A stretch of 63,471 bases of DNA, the filler included, from Atractiella rhizophila (lineage: Eukaryota): NCBI GenBank assembly GCA_021432655.1. It is 52 parts of 52 records of this genome, joined end to end, with 100 filler letters (N's around TTAATTAATTAA, not from the genome) between each part and the next. Parts side by side here need not be neighbours in the genome. Positions count along the whole stretch, not along the records: positions 48,243 to 49,333 come from MU273133.1; positions 49,434 to 50,522 come from MU273134.1; positions 50,623 to 51,704 come from MU273135.1; positions 51,805 to 52,885 come from MU273136.1; positions 52,986 to 54,065 come from MU273137.1; positions 54,166 to 55,245 come from MU273138.1; positions 55,346 to 56,423 come from MU273139.1; positions 56,524 to 57,600 come from MU273140.1; 44 more parts are not named here. The stretch is one strand, 5' to 3'. Made by a program: the position numbers and the translations under genes. The stretch's first letter is position 1. Each line of letters starts with the position of its first letter. This document shows, piece after piece, positions 48,143 to 62,399 of this stretch. The notes under the pieces were generated by a model. It saw nothing but the letters and a program-made list of their open reading frames with translations, made no database searches and was not told where the DNA came from.

Positions 48143-51100
48143 NNNNNNNNNNNNNNNNNNNNNNNNNNNNNNNNNNNNNNNNNNNNTTAATTAATTAANN
48201 NNNNNNNNNNNNNNNNNNNNNNNNNNNNNNNNNNNNNNNNNNACTTGGTGGAACCCGGTTTGTACTTTCGAAGTTCGTGTTCTTCGTGATGATGTTGTAT
48301 CCTTATACCCATAATGCGCTTGTTCGAATCACATTGTGTCTCAGTTCAGTTGAATGACAGTTGCATACTGTACATCTGATGAACATTCAAATATTCAAAC
48401 CTTCGACTCGATTCTACAATAAGGAACCTAAGGTAAACGTACGATCCTCACAACTATTCAACATATGGGTAAGGTACGTTCTTCCATCTCTTACCGCCTA
48501 ATTGTACTTGCTCTGCTTGAACGTCGAATCACAAATCTTTCTGGAAACGACATGGGTTAGTTGGTAAACCGAACTGTATTGTATTCAATCGCTGCCATCA
48601 AAGCTGCATCTAGCAACTCAGTAATCATAATCAAAGCTTGCCACTCTTTCGACATTGAAAGTCCTCCACATCTCATGGATGTAAACGGTCAAAGATCATA
48701 ATGTTCGAAAGAATCGACAGAATGGCGGACTGGCGAATGGTGCTTGGTGCCTGCACTACGCCGTCTGGACCACATAAAGGCTGCTAACTCACGGAGTCTG
48801 AACCTCCCATTACTGTCGACTTGTCTCCCAAGACGAAAGATGCTAAACTCCAGAAAGCAGACAGGGTCTTGGTCTACGAGGAGGGTAATAATGTAATGGT
48901 CGTGATGATACAGTCTTCCCGTATCCCGTTTATGGATCAGTGGTAATGCCAAGTTTATGCAAATTCCAAACTTGTTTATTGTAAACAGGTCCTTCGCAAT
49001 TCGAACCGCAGATTGATCTCACCTGCCGGAAAAGACCACGCAATCACGGTCTCTATTCTGCTTTATTGGATATCAAATGTTGAACAGCCTTTGATGTACT
49101 GATGGGAAGGAGTCAACGACGACGGTTCAGACTATTCATTCTCCAGCTTCAATGCTCCACAGGCGGGCTTAACAAAACAGCGACGTTCGCCGCAGGGGAA
49201 TGCTTAAGGGCAAATGAAGTACAAAGTACTATTCAAATGGAAACATTCATCGATTTACAACATTTAGAGATGGAAAATATACAACCTGCACAAGAAACCA
49301 GTCAGTCTCATTCTCTCCGTACATCATACCAAGNNNNNNNNNNNNNNNNNNNNNNNNNNNNNNNNNNNNNNNNNNNNTTAATTAATTAANNNNNNNNNNN
49401 NNNNNNNNNNNNNNNNNNNNNNNNNNNNNNNNNTGAGGGATCGAGAAGGTGGACGAGGGTCGGAGACGGTGCTACGCCTAGGGAAGCGGCCAAGCTGACC
49501 AAGGCGGCGTCTGAGAAGATGTAGTCCAACAGCAACTCTTTCGTCCTGTATATCAGCTTGGTTAGTCATTGCCTGTTTCATTCATTCATTCAACGCCGAA
49601 AAGGCATTCGAAGTTAAAGAAAAACAAGTTCCTCCAATCAGCGGAGGACTTTGAATTCGATGTATAAATCTTTAAGAGCTCATCCCTCTGACGATCTCTG
49701 GTCATACGCACGACATCCCCCTTGTATGTACACCACTCGAAGCCTCCTCTTCCTCTGCAATAGAGACTTGGGGGCTGCCAACTCGAGCTCCTTCGGCATA
49801 GGCCAATAGTGTTTCTTCCTACCAGCATACGCATAATTTTGTACCAAGTTACAGTTATCAAGTGGTAGTCTTTGTCAGTCGTGAAAGTCAAGAAGAAAGA
49901 CAAGACTCTTGTCGATATCCTTCCTTAAATTAATCTTTTCCAATATTTTACGCATGGCCCATCTGCTTCTTCACAATGATCAAGAAAACGTATGTGCGTA
50001 TGCAGCGGTCGTGTGTGAGAAACAGAAAGTCCCCGTCTCCATGAAGAAATAGCTGGACGAATTTTTGGTCTGAAGTCACATCTTTCAAGCCTTGCATATA
50101 ATATAAACAGCGCGGCGTTCCTTCCCTTCCTCCTCACATTTCCGACGTGCCTCTCTCTCACCCTCTTATTTGAGGGTTCAGTATATACTGTTCGTCAGGA
50201 CAGCAAATTAACCCAATGAAAAGCAAAATACGTGTAATCAAGAAACGTAGACGTTTTAAAGAACATTGAAAGCGATTCAATCTTATACAGCAAAGGAAAG
50301 GAGATGAAAGGAGAGGAGAGGAAGAACAAAGTTCTACACCTCACACGACAACCCAGCAAGAGGAAAAGGTGACACACCTAACAGGCAACCAAGGCCACCT
50401 CGCCTGAATCTCTTCCGCACCCAACAGCCTCATAACGCTCTCACCCTTAGCCTTCAACTCCGTATTGTCCTTCCTGCTCTCATCCAAAAAATGGGTCCAC
50501 TCCCCCTTCCCGTCCTTTCCTCNNNNNNNNNNNNNNNNNNNNNNNNNNNNNNNNNNNNNNNNNNNNTTAATTAATTAANNNNNNNNNNNNNNNNNNNNNN
50601 NNNNNNNNNNNNNNNNNNNNNNGAAGCATCTTGAAGCATCTCCAGATGTGCGCACACAGTGAGAAGGTGCGATGATACTGAGTTTCTCCTAGCCGTGCTT
50701 CCTAAAAGTACAGAGTGTTCATCTGCACCGGCCTTCAAGGACATATTTTCTTCTTTTTGTATCAAGGAGAAAGTGAAAGTACCAAACATCGTTCAGTCGT
50801 TCAGGAGAGTTGGAGCTCTCTCGAGTCGGAGTTCAGGTATTCTTATTCCTGTCAATCAGTCTCTCGAATTCAAGTTGGAGCTCCAGTTCTGAACTCCGAC
50901 TCCGAGAGAACGACTGTGGGCGCGAGGGCGATTCCTTTTCTGAGAGTTCGATGATAGTGAAACGTCGAAACGTTCATACGTCCAGTTGGGCTTGCGCGTT
51001 TTGAGAGCTGACGCGAATATTATGATAGGAAGTTTGTCCGGCATCCGGAGTTTACTTATGCTTATACTTTAGAGTTGTCATAGAAGGAAAGTAGAATAGA

Positions 51101-51804
51101 GCTGTGATCCATACTTTTACGAGATTAGATAGCGTTGGATGGCGATAGTCGAGTTTCAACTCCAATCAGTGGAGTCTGGTGTCTGTCAGGATTCCCGTGT
51201 CGGAGAAACCACATGCGAGTTTTAATAATGATGCATCAGAATCATGTTAATGCCCAACATGACATTGAGGCATTGGTGTTGTATGCCTTCATAATCATTT
51301 GCAAGGTGTGTCCTCAAACTCAAATTCAATTTTTTTGGCTTTCAAGATTTAATTTTCATTGAAGAGCAGGTCAAGTTATAGCTAGCACAGACTTGTTGAC
51401 ATCCTTTTTTGGCTGAAGGCTGTGAATTGCCAGGTTCAAGAATCGGCTGGAACGAGCCTTTTTGATGTTATTAACGCGATTTCGAGAGCAACTATAAAAA
51501 GTCATATTCAAGAATATTCAAGTTTAGATAATCGAGCGTTCAACTTCTAAGCCAGAAATTCCAAGTTGGATTCTTTCAAGATGCCATTGAACATTGAACA
51601 GCTACTACTTGATGAGGGCATGTGTAATGGGGAGTCGAGAGCAGTGACTTTTTTTGCCGCGCCACTTCGCCGACACTGCATTGTGTCTATCAAAGCGCAG
51701 CAGGNNNNNNNNNNNNNNNNNNNNNNNNNNNNNNNNNNNNNNNNNNNNTTAATTAATTAANNNNNNNNNNNNNNNNNNNNNNNNNNNNNNNNNNNNNNNN
51801 NNNN

Positions 51805-52885
51805 CAATGTTGTTCCTGCCGAGAATGTCACCCAAGGACTCATCCTGAGGATTAAAGGTCACAGAATGCCGATCAGGAAGGTGTACTGCCAAGCGAATAG
51901 CCACAGGAAAATGCTGGTGTAAAGTAAAGTGGACAATCCGGTAACAGGCTGTAAAATTGTATCAGATAAGCCTAACATCATCTCAGAGTAGTTCTAAACA
52001 CTTACCTTCAGAAGATCCAATGAATCTAGCATCCAAGTCCTCTTGAATCTCATCCACTACCCTAACATCACCTTGGGCACTATGAAGGACAGCTTGTGCC
52101 CGATCATTTCCTTTGTAGATGTATTTGAACAGGTATTTGACTGATTTGATGGAGATGTAGAGTTCCACATTGATATGAGCTGTAAACCGACAAAGGACAT
52201 AAGCATTAAATGGCAGGACCCATCGATTGTCGTAAATAAATCCATTCCACAATTTCTGAAATGTATGTCCATTGTTACGGCAACGATAGGTGGGATAGCC
52301 ATCCTCATTGATGCCTGTTTCGTCTACGAATGGCTTCGGAAACCCTTTGCCACAGATCTTTCTTCTATGATTTTAGGATCATCTATCATGCATGCAGCAT
52401 CTAGGTTGATATCTCCACAGGGTCCATGAAGCATATCATTGCAGACAATGTCAAACAATTCAGGGTCTGTATCCTTGTCAGGCAATTCGGCAGACACTAT
52501 GCGGTCGATCGCCTCAACATCCGTGATGGTATCTTCAGGATGTGAGCATGGGGAGGCCACATTTCTGAAATTCAATCACCCAGACGAAGCTGACCAACGG
52601 TCCAAAGATTGAGTTATCCTTGATGTCCTGCATGTAAGCCTTCACCTTTGCATTGAAAACTCTAGAGACCAAGTCTGGTCGATCAGCAGCTGTTTGCCCA
52701 GGAAGTAGAGCTTCTGTAATTTCTGGCCACCGTGGATTGCAAGTGAAAGTTGTGAAGATAGGAGGTGAACCTTGGTTCCCAACAATCGCCATAGCATCTT
52801 GGAATTGCTGGTTCATCTGGCGGGGACTTCCTGTGTGTGATGATGGTAGAATGGTCCGCTTCCCAACATCTGCGGCATCTCGACC
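51805..52885 (-). mobile_element. Helitron RepHel, Rep (HUH/Y2) region, degenerate
   Basis: ILPSSHTGSPRQM...QDAMA...TFTCNPRWPEI...DRPDLVSRVF...EFQKCGLP...HGPCG...DNRWV.PFN...HINVE...KYLFKYIYKG. Frameshifts; intron 52005-51949. Confidence 0.95.
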
Positions 52886-55345
52886 NNNNNNNNNNNNNNN
52901 NNNNNNNNNNNNNNNNNNNNNNNNNNNNNTTAATTAATTAANNNNNNNNNNNNNNNNNNNNNNNNNNNNNNNNNNNNNNNNNNNNGCAGACGTTTACAAG
53001 CCCAAGCCCGCTCCTCAGGAGGCGAAAGCAGCTGGAGGTGGAACGGGAGGAATGATTTGGGGTCGTGCTTTTCGAACCAGTGGAGTGTCCGTCGTCATTC
53101 TCAGTGGGATCGTCACGGCGCTCGAGGTCGCTCTGTTGGTGTTGCTATGGAGGATTGGCGATGATTGAAGTGGTGACTGCAGGTGCTGGTGAAGGTGAGT
53201 GCTAGATCTTCGTTTAGTGTGGAGGGAGGGAGGAGGTGTTTTTAACGGTTATAGAGTGCCGTACTGAGCGTCGACCCTATGCGTCACTCTGCAGCGCAAT
53301 CGAGCAGCAGCTTCCAGTTTATGTGCTCCTTGCTCCGGCCCACCTACCTCCTACAGGCAAGGGAAAGTTGGAGCGGGAACGTAAACGCTTGTGTCGAAGA
53401 GTTTTTCGTTTTTCAATCGATCTCGCGGTTATGTTAGGACGCTAGCGAATCTGATGCCATGTCTGTGTATGTAGAGTCTGTGTATTACATTGAACTCGTC
53501 TTGTCCTTCGTTAGCGACGCAAGACGAACCGTTAAATTCCATTATCTAGAGTTTCTTCGTCAATGCAACCGTGCGTATATGCCTGATGTAAATGAATACG
53601 GGACTGACGCGTCGGGTTGCTCTAGCCTTTCAAGGCATCAATGGTTGACAACTACCCAAAGGTCTAATAAAGAGGCTTGGTGCGAATGGCCTCGCTATGG
53701 AACACCTCACTGTCACTATTGTGCGAGCAATATTTGCCCAAATGAAATGCAGTCATTGGACGCAGTGCCTCATACCGAAAAGACATTCTGTAGACATTCA
53801 AGTGATTGCGTCCTCTCCCGTCTTAGTTGATTCTGGATCGGTTCGTGCAACTGTGGCCAGATTTATTTTCCATTTCACGGTACTATTCCGATACATCAAC
53901 GAAGGAGTCGGTGGGCATCTACCAAGGAAGGATCTTGTCCTCCGTGTCGACGGCATAAAACTTGTTCGCTGTTTGAGGAGTGACTTGATTAATGATGGCG
54001 AGGGAATCCTTGACGCTCATATCTGCGGTGTAAGAGGGCTGTAACGATATGTCCATGTTAACATTNNNNNNNNNNNNNNNNNNNNNNNNNNNNNNNNNNN
54101 NNNNNNNNNTTAATTAATTAANNNNNNNNNNNNNNNNNNNNNNNNNNNNNNNNNNNNNNNNNNNNCAAACATGTGGCACTTCACCGCAAGTCCGGTCTTA
54201 TAAGGAGGCACCTGGGAATCCATATTTTCTTTCCCCAATCACATCATAATACATTTCATTGTGCTCACTTCTGTGTGATTGGGGATCTTTTAGGCCTCAA
54301 GTCAAAATCTCATTGCTCGTTAATAAGCGATCGATTGGAGTTGACATGTTGACACCCGATAGCGAAATCAGGCTAAGGAGTCGGAAATCAGGTACACAAT
54401 TCGAATTCGGTGTGTTTGCGAAGCCTGTGAGGGGGGGAGGGAAGGTTCTCTCGGTGGCGTTGTTTTCTCACGACAGGAACAACTTCGGAATGCATGCTAG
54501 TCTTGATTTTGGCAGACAGGAGGAGCCACATAGAGATGCTTTGAAGACCTGGAGCTACTGGTTTGATCAGTCAGATGATGGGTAGTGGTTGTTGCCTGGA
54601 TTAGGTGGGTTCAGACATTACTGTATTTATTCTTCACTAGCGCCTGGCGAGCTATAGTGCCTCACTCTTCGATTCCGGTATCCTCACTCCCCAGATGCGG
54701 TCGCAACTAAGCCGTAAAGGATCTATTGAAAGGTCATTGTCATTCCAAAAGAATATCTGGCTTTATTACATTTGCACATCTCTGTACACAACAATCATTA
54801 ATCATTCCTTGAACCTCAAAACTGACTATCCTATCAATGTTTCTGTTGGAAATCGATGCTAAGTATGACTTAGTTATGTTTGGCTGAGCTCTTGTAAATG
54901 CATGAGCATCAGGAATATAGCTTACAGCAGTGGCAACTGGAAAGTAGCACAACATTCAAGAAAACTAAGGAACTTTGCCACTGAGTGGCACGAAACTAAC
55001 TGCGAAATCCAATAGTTTCTCATGCCACCCTGCATGTAAACAAAGCAGTTCATTATGAATCATTCGCTTTTAACCATCTTTTTCACCTCTTCAATCCCCT
55101 TCGGTTCAAAATTCCAAAACGCAGCTTCCGCCTCCTCCTTCTCAACCTCCACAAACCCTTCGCTGCCATTCCCTTTCGGGCTCGCTCCAGTGCCAGCGCC
55201 AGAACTTTCCAAGAACCTCTTCTTGACCAACACTTCGTTATTCCTNNNNNNNNNNNNNNNNNNNNNNNNNNNNNNNNNNNNNNNNNNNNTTAATTAATTA
55301 ANNNNNNNNNNNNNNNNNNNNNNNNNNNNNNNNNNNNNNNNNNNN

Positions 55346-56423
55346 AGCGTGTCAATGAGCTCAACTCAAATTATCTTCCACTTCGTTTTCCTCTTCTGTT
55401 TCCATATGGGGACCAAGGATGGCATCCGCAGATTCCGTATTGAGACCTGCCTGCAGATCTTCCTCCACGAGCGATAGCACTTCAATGATGATGGCATACA
55501 AGTTGGTAATTCTGGGGTTCGACAATGTGTCAGCCAAATAGAGTTCTATTCTTACATGTGGCATCAACAAAATGATATATTCTCACTCCCTCTCTACAGT
55601 GGTCGGCTACTGCAAGAATTGGTAGTCGATGCTTATGCTCAAAGTGAGGCGAATCGACTCCGCTATCTGCGGTTCAATCAGTCTATTCTTCGAGCCGAGG
55701 TGTATCAAGGTCTTACGGATGCCCTCGCAGAAGGCTATTCTTTAGAAGATATCGGGAGGCGGACTATATTACCATCAAGTTTCACTAGCGGTCCATGTTC
55801 AATGAATCAGCTGTTCCAGGATGCAATGAGTATAATTGGTGCCAATGGACCTCCAATATCTTTACAACCTTCACTTGCAACCCACACTGGGCAGAGATCA
55901 CGGAAGCCCTCCTACCAGGCCAAAAACCAGAGGATCGACCAGATTTGGTTTCAAGGGTTTCAAGGGTTTTTCGACTGAAGGCTCTGGAGTACATCAAGGA
56001 TTTAGTGGTACGACAGATCTTTGGAAGGGTTATTGGTATGTCTGGGTCATTGAATTTCAGAAGAGAGGTCTACCACATACCCACATCCTGTTGATTCTTC
56101 ATCCTGAAGATCTTATCAGGGATGAGGCAGCCATTGAAATAGTCACCAAGCATATGCTACATGGCCCATGTGGTGAACATAATCCAGATACACCTTGCAT
56201 GGTCAATGGGAAGTGTGGCAAAGGGTATCCCAAGCCTTTTGTTGAGGAAACGAGAATCAACGATAATGGCTACCCTACCTATCGGCAGCGTAACGACCGC
56301 CGGGTTTTTCGCAAGATGATATGGGGATAAGAGTTTATATATGATAATCGATGGGTAGTGCCTTTTAATGCTTGGGTCCTGAGGAAGTTTCTGGCTCATA
56401 TCAACACTGAGATCTGTATCTCA
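55346..56423 (+). mobile_element. Helitron RepHel, Rep region, degenerate (related to 51805-52885)
   Basis: NRLRYLRFNQSILRAEVYQGL.DA...ILPSSF...EFQKRGLPHTHILL...HGPCG...C.KGYPK...GYPTYR...DNRWVVPFN. Frameshifts and a 9-bp duplication (VSRVSRVF). Confidence 0.95.
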
Positions 56424-56523
56424 NNNNNNNNNNNNNNNNNNNNNNNNNNNNNNNNNNNNNNNNNNNNTTAATTAATTAANNNNNNNNNNNNNNNNNNNNN
56501 NNNNNNNNNNNNNNNNNNNNNNN

Positions 56524-57600
56524 ACGGAAATCTTTGCAGTGCTTCCCTCACAGTTCTGTGCAGGAGGAAAGCGTGACGCGTCATCCGAACGATTACAAAC
56601 GAGGTGATTTCTCGTGGCTCGGCCAGACGTGTTGAACCGCATTCATAGAAGTGACAAAGACTGAAAACATCCTGGACTTCCGGATCATACGTGAAATTGA
56701 AGTGGAACTGGGTCGCTCTCCATCTGTGAAACATTGTGACGAGTTGGTAGAGCCGTTGGCAAACCTCCTCAGCCCCTTCACGATCAAGATCAGGTAGGCT
56801 ATGTCCTTCAGTTGTATTTAGTTGCAAGTTGAGATCAGATGAAGGAAAAAGCAATAGCTTACTGGCGTAACAGAACGTGCGCGTTGTCGCCTCTTGAGCG
56901 GCCCAGGACACATCCCAGAATTCCTGGTCATTTTCATTACATCCGAGATGAACTTCATAAAACCAGAATCCGTTGATGAAAAGTCTGTAATCAATTTTGG
57001 AATTACATTCCGGGTAATATTTTCGGTAGTGTTCGTTGGTTCTATTGTCAGCAGTTTGAGTCGATCTAAGAGGCAACGAGCGCAACGTACAAACTCGGAA
57101 GGGTTCCTCTGATGGAGTTAATTAGGTTATCCGCCTTCATCGATCGATTGTCAAAAACTATTTGAGAATGACAGAATACACACCATAATTATGTGCTCGA
57201 GGTAGAAACACCTGAGCCTCTCCTTCTCCTTCTCCTCTGCAGCTGTCCACAAGTTGTTAAAGTGTTCCACGACTAAATCAAAAGCCTCTCGTGTGACGCC
57301 AGAAGAGTTCTTAAAGAAACCTAACAGCTCGAGCAAAAGTGCTAGATTCGTTTCATTCGCCTGGCGCAAAGGGGACGAAGGTGCAAGTGCTAAGGCAAGG
57401 CAATGCTCATGTAAATAATTGGCGGCGGCTTTCCTAGCCTTTCCTTGCTCACGATAATCATCTTCTTCATCCTGAAGTTCAACGGGAATGGTTCTCCTGG
57501 CGGACCTCCCCAAAATCTCTGAATGATTGGACATTTCTGCTCCGAGGGCGAGAATATAAAGGACCAAGACGTCCAGGCGTGTGGTATCAACTTGGGGGTC
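56524..57600 (-). CDS. Hypothetical helical protein, internal fragment (possibly a transcription-factor middle region)
   Basis: Long open exons (~150 aa and ~185 aa) with a GTGTGT donor near 57180. No family motif recognised. Confidence 0.5.
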
Positions 57601-58877
57601 NNNNNNNNNNNNNNNNNNNNNNNNNNNNNNNNNNNNNNNNNNNNTTAATTAATTAANNNNNNNNNNNNNNNNNNNNNNNNNNNNNNNNNNNNNNNNNNNN
57701 GGCAAAATGAGGGAAACGGCAAAGGGGAAAGAAAACTAGAGCCACAAATGACGGTGGCACGAATGCAGCTTAAAATGGTGCCAAACTCTGACAGATGCTT
57801 GGAATGTGCTAGGACGATCTAGTCCTCCGTTCTCCCCCTAATGACCCTACACTCTTGCTCTACACTCTTCGGTGGAATCGGGAATTGTGCGGGCGATGGC
57901 ACCCTTTTCCGCCTGTGATCACATGAAGGACCCTACTTAGAATCCAATTCTAGACATGGTTTTCACAATGGCCATTGTCAACTCAAAGCCCTATCCATTT
58001 GGGGCTGTCTACCCAAGTCTACCTAGTGGTTCGTTTCTTTTTTTGTGTTCATTTGTATCTCGGTTAGAGGTCGCAGATGACAAACTTCTAAGAGTTGGAG
58101 TAGCCTTTGGCTGGGGAGGTTTCGCAACCGTTTTGAAGCGCATCTCAGTACAATGAGGGTGGCTCTCAATATTACAGCGGTTGGAGGATAATGAACGATA
58201 GGAGTCAAACTCAGATGGACTACTTTAAGAAAGAAGATGCTTCATATGATATGGGGGGGTCAGTTCCTAAGGTCTATGGATGCTACGAAGGTGTGGAGCA
58301 GCGGTTTGGGATCATTGTGGTGAAAGTACGAGAAGTAACGTTCAAAGAGGACTACAGGATGTGTCGTTGAGGCTAGATGGGCAAGGGTTAGCTGATTGAG
58401 CATGATGAATACCAAAGCTCTAGACGCTATGAAGGAAGTGTACAAATTAGACGTGCTTCCTGGAGATATCCGACAGCAAACTCCCCCTCTGGCTGCTGTT
58501 GTCCTGTAAGAATAGGCTGTTGTTCAAATAACTATCCCACGAATCTATTTCCCACCACGTTCAGGGCATAAATAATGGAAGGGGAATGAGTAAAGGGAAA
58601 GCGCACCAAAATCGAAGATAGCGTTCGGTAGAGATTCTGGATGGAAGGCGGACAGCTGCGTGCTGCTGAAGCCACCGAAAACGTTGGACGGTGTAACATT
58701 TGCCAAACCGTCTATTGGGCCAGCGTTGATGATTGGGTTAACATTGGGTGTCGAGAATCCAAATACGTCTAGTAAGGNNNNNNNNNNNNNNNNNNNNNNN
58801 NNNNNNNNNNNNNNNNNNNNNTTAATTAATTAANNNNNNNNNNNNNNNNNNNNNNNNNNNNNNNNNNNNNNNNNNNN

Positions 58878-59953
58878 GGAATGGTGGCTGAGGCGGAAGC
58901 GAGGGAATTGTTCGAGTTGTGAGTGTCTCCCAATCTACCTTTCTTTATTTCTGGCCTCGCATCGGCTCGGCTCTTCCTCTACGTGTGTAATAGTGATGGC
59001 TGATGCAATGCTGGAATAGCTATATGGCTTACTGCCATGCTTTCATTCCCCTCCTTGATCCTACCTACGACACCTATGCCGAATTCAAGGGACGCACCCA
59101 GTTCTGTTTCGACGCAGTCCTTAGCGTCGCCGCCAGGGTTAAATACACGCAAGGGAGTGCGTGCCACCTTCTATCCAGCGTTTATAAGAGGGAGAGAGAA
59201 CTGATGGATGGAACAGCTACGAGCTTAGAAGTCCTCAGGGCGACGAGCGAAGAAGCGCATGGCATAGCGAGGAGCACACTCTTTGCAGCCACCGTCAGGA
59301 TCGAGGCTGTACAGGCTGGTTTGTCGTCCTTTCTACTACCGGTGGAGGAAGAAATTTGCTGATTGTTTATATGGCTGCATGTAGTCACCATCCTCGCTGC
59401 GTGGAGTGATAAGGGATACCTTGCTAGTGGACTCGCCTCTAGGATGGCCCTCGAGATGGTTCGTTTCTTCGGCTCCATATATTCATGATATCGACGTTTT
59501 GTGAATTTAGGGCTTGAATCGGGCTCTTGAGAAGCTGGAAGACGGATCGAAAGAGCGTACGGAGGCAGAAGGACGAGATCTAGTCGTCAGCGCGAGGACT
59601 TGGTTGAGTGTTTACTACCTCGACTACGTGTTCGTACCCTCGCCTTCTTCAATGTTAGGACGATCTAAATGATGACGGGTGCACTCCAGCATGTCTGTAG
59701 GAAATGGTCGCCCCGTCCTTCTCTCCCCCACCCACATCCCGACCCGTGCCTTCCTTGGCTCTCCGTATGCGACAAAGACAGACATCAAGCTCGTGGCCGA
59801 CATCGAGCTCTTGTCTCACAAGAGTAGGATAGGCGAGTCGATCGCGAGCTTTGGAGGAGCGGTGGATGAAAGGACACTCGGGTTTGTGAGGAGGGCTAGG
59901 GGAGATTTGGAGGGCTGGTTCGCGAGTTGGGATGGAGAGCTTTGTTCGTCTTT
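58878..59953 (+). CDS. Fungal-specific transcription factor domain (PriB-like Zn2Cys6 family middle region)
   Basis: EAEARELFEL/YMAYCHAFIPLLDP.YDT...ILAAWS...RMALEMGL...VSARTW...LD..MS.GNGRP, across five introns. Confidence 0.85.
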
Positions 59954-60053
59954 NNNNNNNNNNNNNNNNNNNNNNNNNNNNNNNNNNNNNNNNNNNNTTA
60001 ATTAATTAANNNNNNNNNNNNNNNNNNNNNNNNNNNNNNNNNNNNNNNNNNNN

Positions 60054-61127
60054 TTTTCGCACTTCTTCGTTTCGATCCCCCAAACCATCGCCTTTAAGCA
60101 ATAGAGAAAAGACCTGGCGCACATTGGATGTTGTGTATGACGAAGCAAGAAGCCCCAAGCTCAAAGCGATCGCACGCCTTTCTTTCCATGGGTCTTGACG
60201 ATCCAAAGAAGCTTCGATCACCATCCCGAACCTGAAGCACCGTTCAGCCTACAACATATCCAGCTGATGTCATGCCTACTTGTCGTATTCGATTCCAAGT
60301 GGTTTGTTCTTGTATCGCCTTGAGCGTTAACAAAGTCAAAAAAAGCCACGTACTTTCACTTGGTACAAGCCCACCAAAGCTGTTAGAACGTCGTCTACTT
60401 GCTCTGGGTACAATGTGACGGCTGTAGCGATACTGTGTGCAGCAGAATCTCGAACAACAGCGGACGTGGATTCTAAGGTTCGTGTTAGGGAATAGAGCAT
60501 CATCAAAATGACGCACCCAGATATTTAACGAGGACAAGGACTTCTTCAGCAGGCACATCTAAACCATTTTCTTCCCACACTTCGGTTGCTGCCTGCTTAG
60601 TCTTGCTATCCGAATCGTGACACAAGATCCAAAGCTCAGGTGACCATGTCAAATCTGTTAAGTCCAAGGCCTAGCGACTATCAGCACTGTCTGAGATACG
60701 CAATAGAGCCCTCACTAAAAGAGCCTGGGCACATGCTTGACGGACTTGCACGTGATCAGTAGCTGAAGACTGTAATAATACCTCAATTTCCTCATTTGAG
60801 GCATTCTCTTTAGAAGCGCTGGCTACGTCCTCTAACGCTGCGTTTGCTGTTCTGACCAGCTGAGGATATGTGGAGAGAACCCTTATGAGAGTTTGGATGA
60901 TCACTACTCGAGGAAAAGCAGAATTGCTGCCTGGAAACGAAACTGAGCATGCGAACACTTCAAAGTTGACCACTTACAAGAACGGCCATGAAAAGAAATA
61001 AAATCCACAGCCAACGTGATTTGTTCGTACGCTTCATCTGTAGCTTCTCGACCCAGGCCTTGGCCACCTTCTGTGATGACTCTCTGAACCAATTGCAAGG
61101 CAACAGAGAATGTTCCGACGTCAAAAG
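60054..61127 (-). CDS. GCN1: Translational activator Gcn1 (HEAT repeats), internal fragment
   Basis: DLTDLTWSPELWILCHD...VWEENGLDV...FGMVIEASLDRQDPWKER...GLGDRNEEVRK. Confidence 0.88.
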
Positions 61128-61769
61128 NNNNNNNNNNNNNNNNNNNNNNNNNNNNNNNNNNNNNNNNNNNNTTAATTAATTAANNNNNNNNNNNNNNNNN
61201 NNNNNNNNNNNNNNNNNNNNNNNNNNNAGATGCGCAATTCAGGACGCCAAAGAATGACTTGGATGCGCGGGCTCTCCAGGATGTCGTTCAAATTTCTGCT
61301 GGGCCAGTCCTAGATCTCAAGCAGATTACGAGACTCTCCTCCGCGACTCCGTGTCCTTGGGGGATTCCTCCTATATGTCGTCCACGCGAATGAAGGAGCA
61401 TCTGGCCATGCTCAAGGAATTGAGTCGGTTTCAGGCATGCGTTCGCTCGACATTCACCCCGATACTACCTTGTTCCAAAGTTGTCTGAATCTGGCGCTCG
61501 TCGTTGGATAGAGACAATTCTGTTTCGAGTAACAGCTATGGTCCCCAGTGGGGAGAAAGCGTCTGCATCCAGACTTTCCTGTGCCTTTGCCTGGAGTCCT
61601 CGAAACAAACGTGTCGACAATCACAGTAAAGCTAGCTTATGCAATATTTATTGTAAATGAAAAGGCTCCTGGTAAGCATATCTCTGAGTTGTCGGTCTTT
61701 CATTCATTGACATAACAGATTCATCCGTCAAATCCTGCCGCGAGAGATAGCAGTTAACCAGCAGCGCCT

Positions 61770-62155
61770 TATTGCTTTTTCCTCGGTTCGAGTAAAAACG
61801 GGCGGACTGATCGAGGAGCATATGCCGCAAGCAATTGCTGAGATGTAGGTCAGCGCAAAATTTTTGGGGTAAGAGTATACTTCTCTCCCTTGTGTGGCAT
61901 TATGTCTGTTCTGTAGAAAAAGCATCATTCCGAGGGGCCTTATCCAACAGAAAGCAGTGGCTATTCCTCATTCTCCGCCTCAATGATGACGGTACTCCCG
62001 GTGGAACTTATAAGAATCGAACTAGCTGTTTTTCAATCGACGACCCAGACTCTTCGGTATTGAATGGGCCAGATTTGATTGAATGGGCCAGATTTGGTCG
62101 CTGGTATCTTGTCTTCGTGGGTGAATATGATTTGCAATCCCTTACTTTGGTTTAA
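61770..62155 (+). pseudogene. Possible restriction-endonuclease-fold (PD-(D/E)xK-like) family remnant
   Basis: VK...EEHMPQAIAEM-[intron]-FRGALSNRKQWLFL resembles the (E-x-K)...Q...G-x-x-T/SNG-x-x-W-x-F pattern. The upstream part of the contig is frameshifted. Confidence 0.4.
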
Positions 62156-62399
62156 GCGACGGACAGATACGCAACTGTTATGAAGACATTGCAGGAGGTG
62201 ATTGTACAAATCAAAGCTCAAAAGAAACAATGGATGATGATACAAAACAAATCGAAACATGAGGAATGTATGAAATCGAATTAATTACATGTATTGAAAN
62301 NNNNNNNNNNNNNNNNNNNNNNNNNNNNNNNNNNNNNNNNNNNTTAATTAATTAANNNNNNNNNNNNNNNNNNNNNNNNNNNNNNNNNNNNNNNNNNNN

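Noticed and set aside
48689..49030. Crypton or tyrosine-recombinase fragment
   Set aside because: Only a vague resemblance; no catalytic R-H-R-Y motifs were found.
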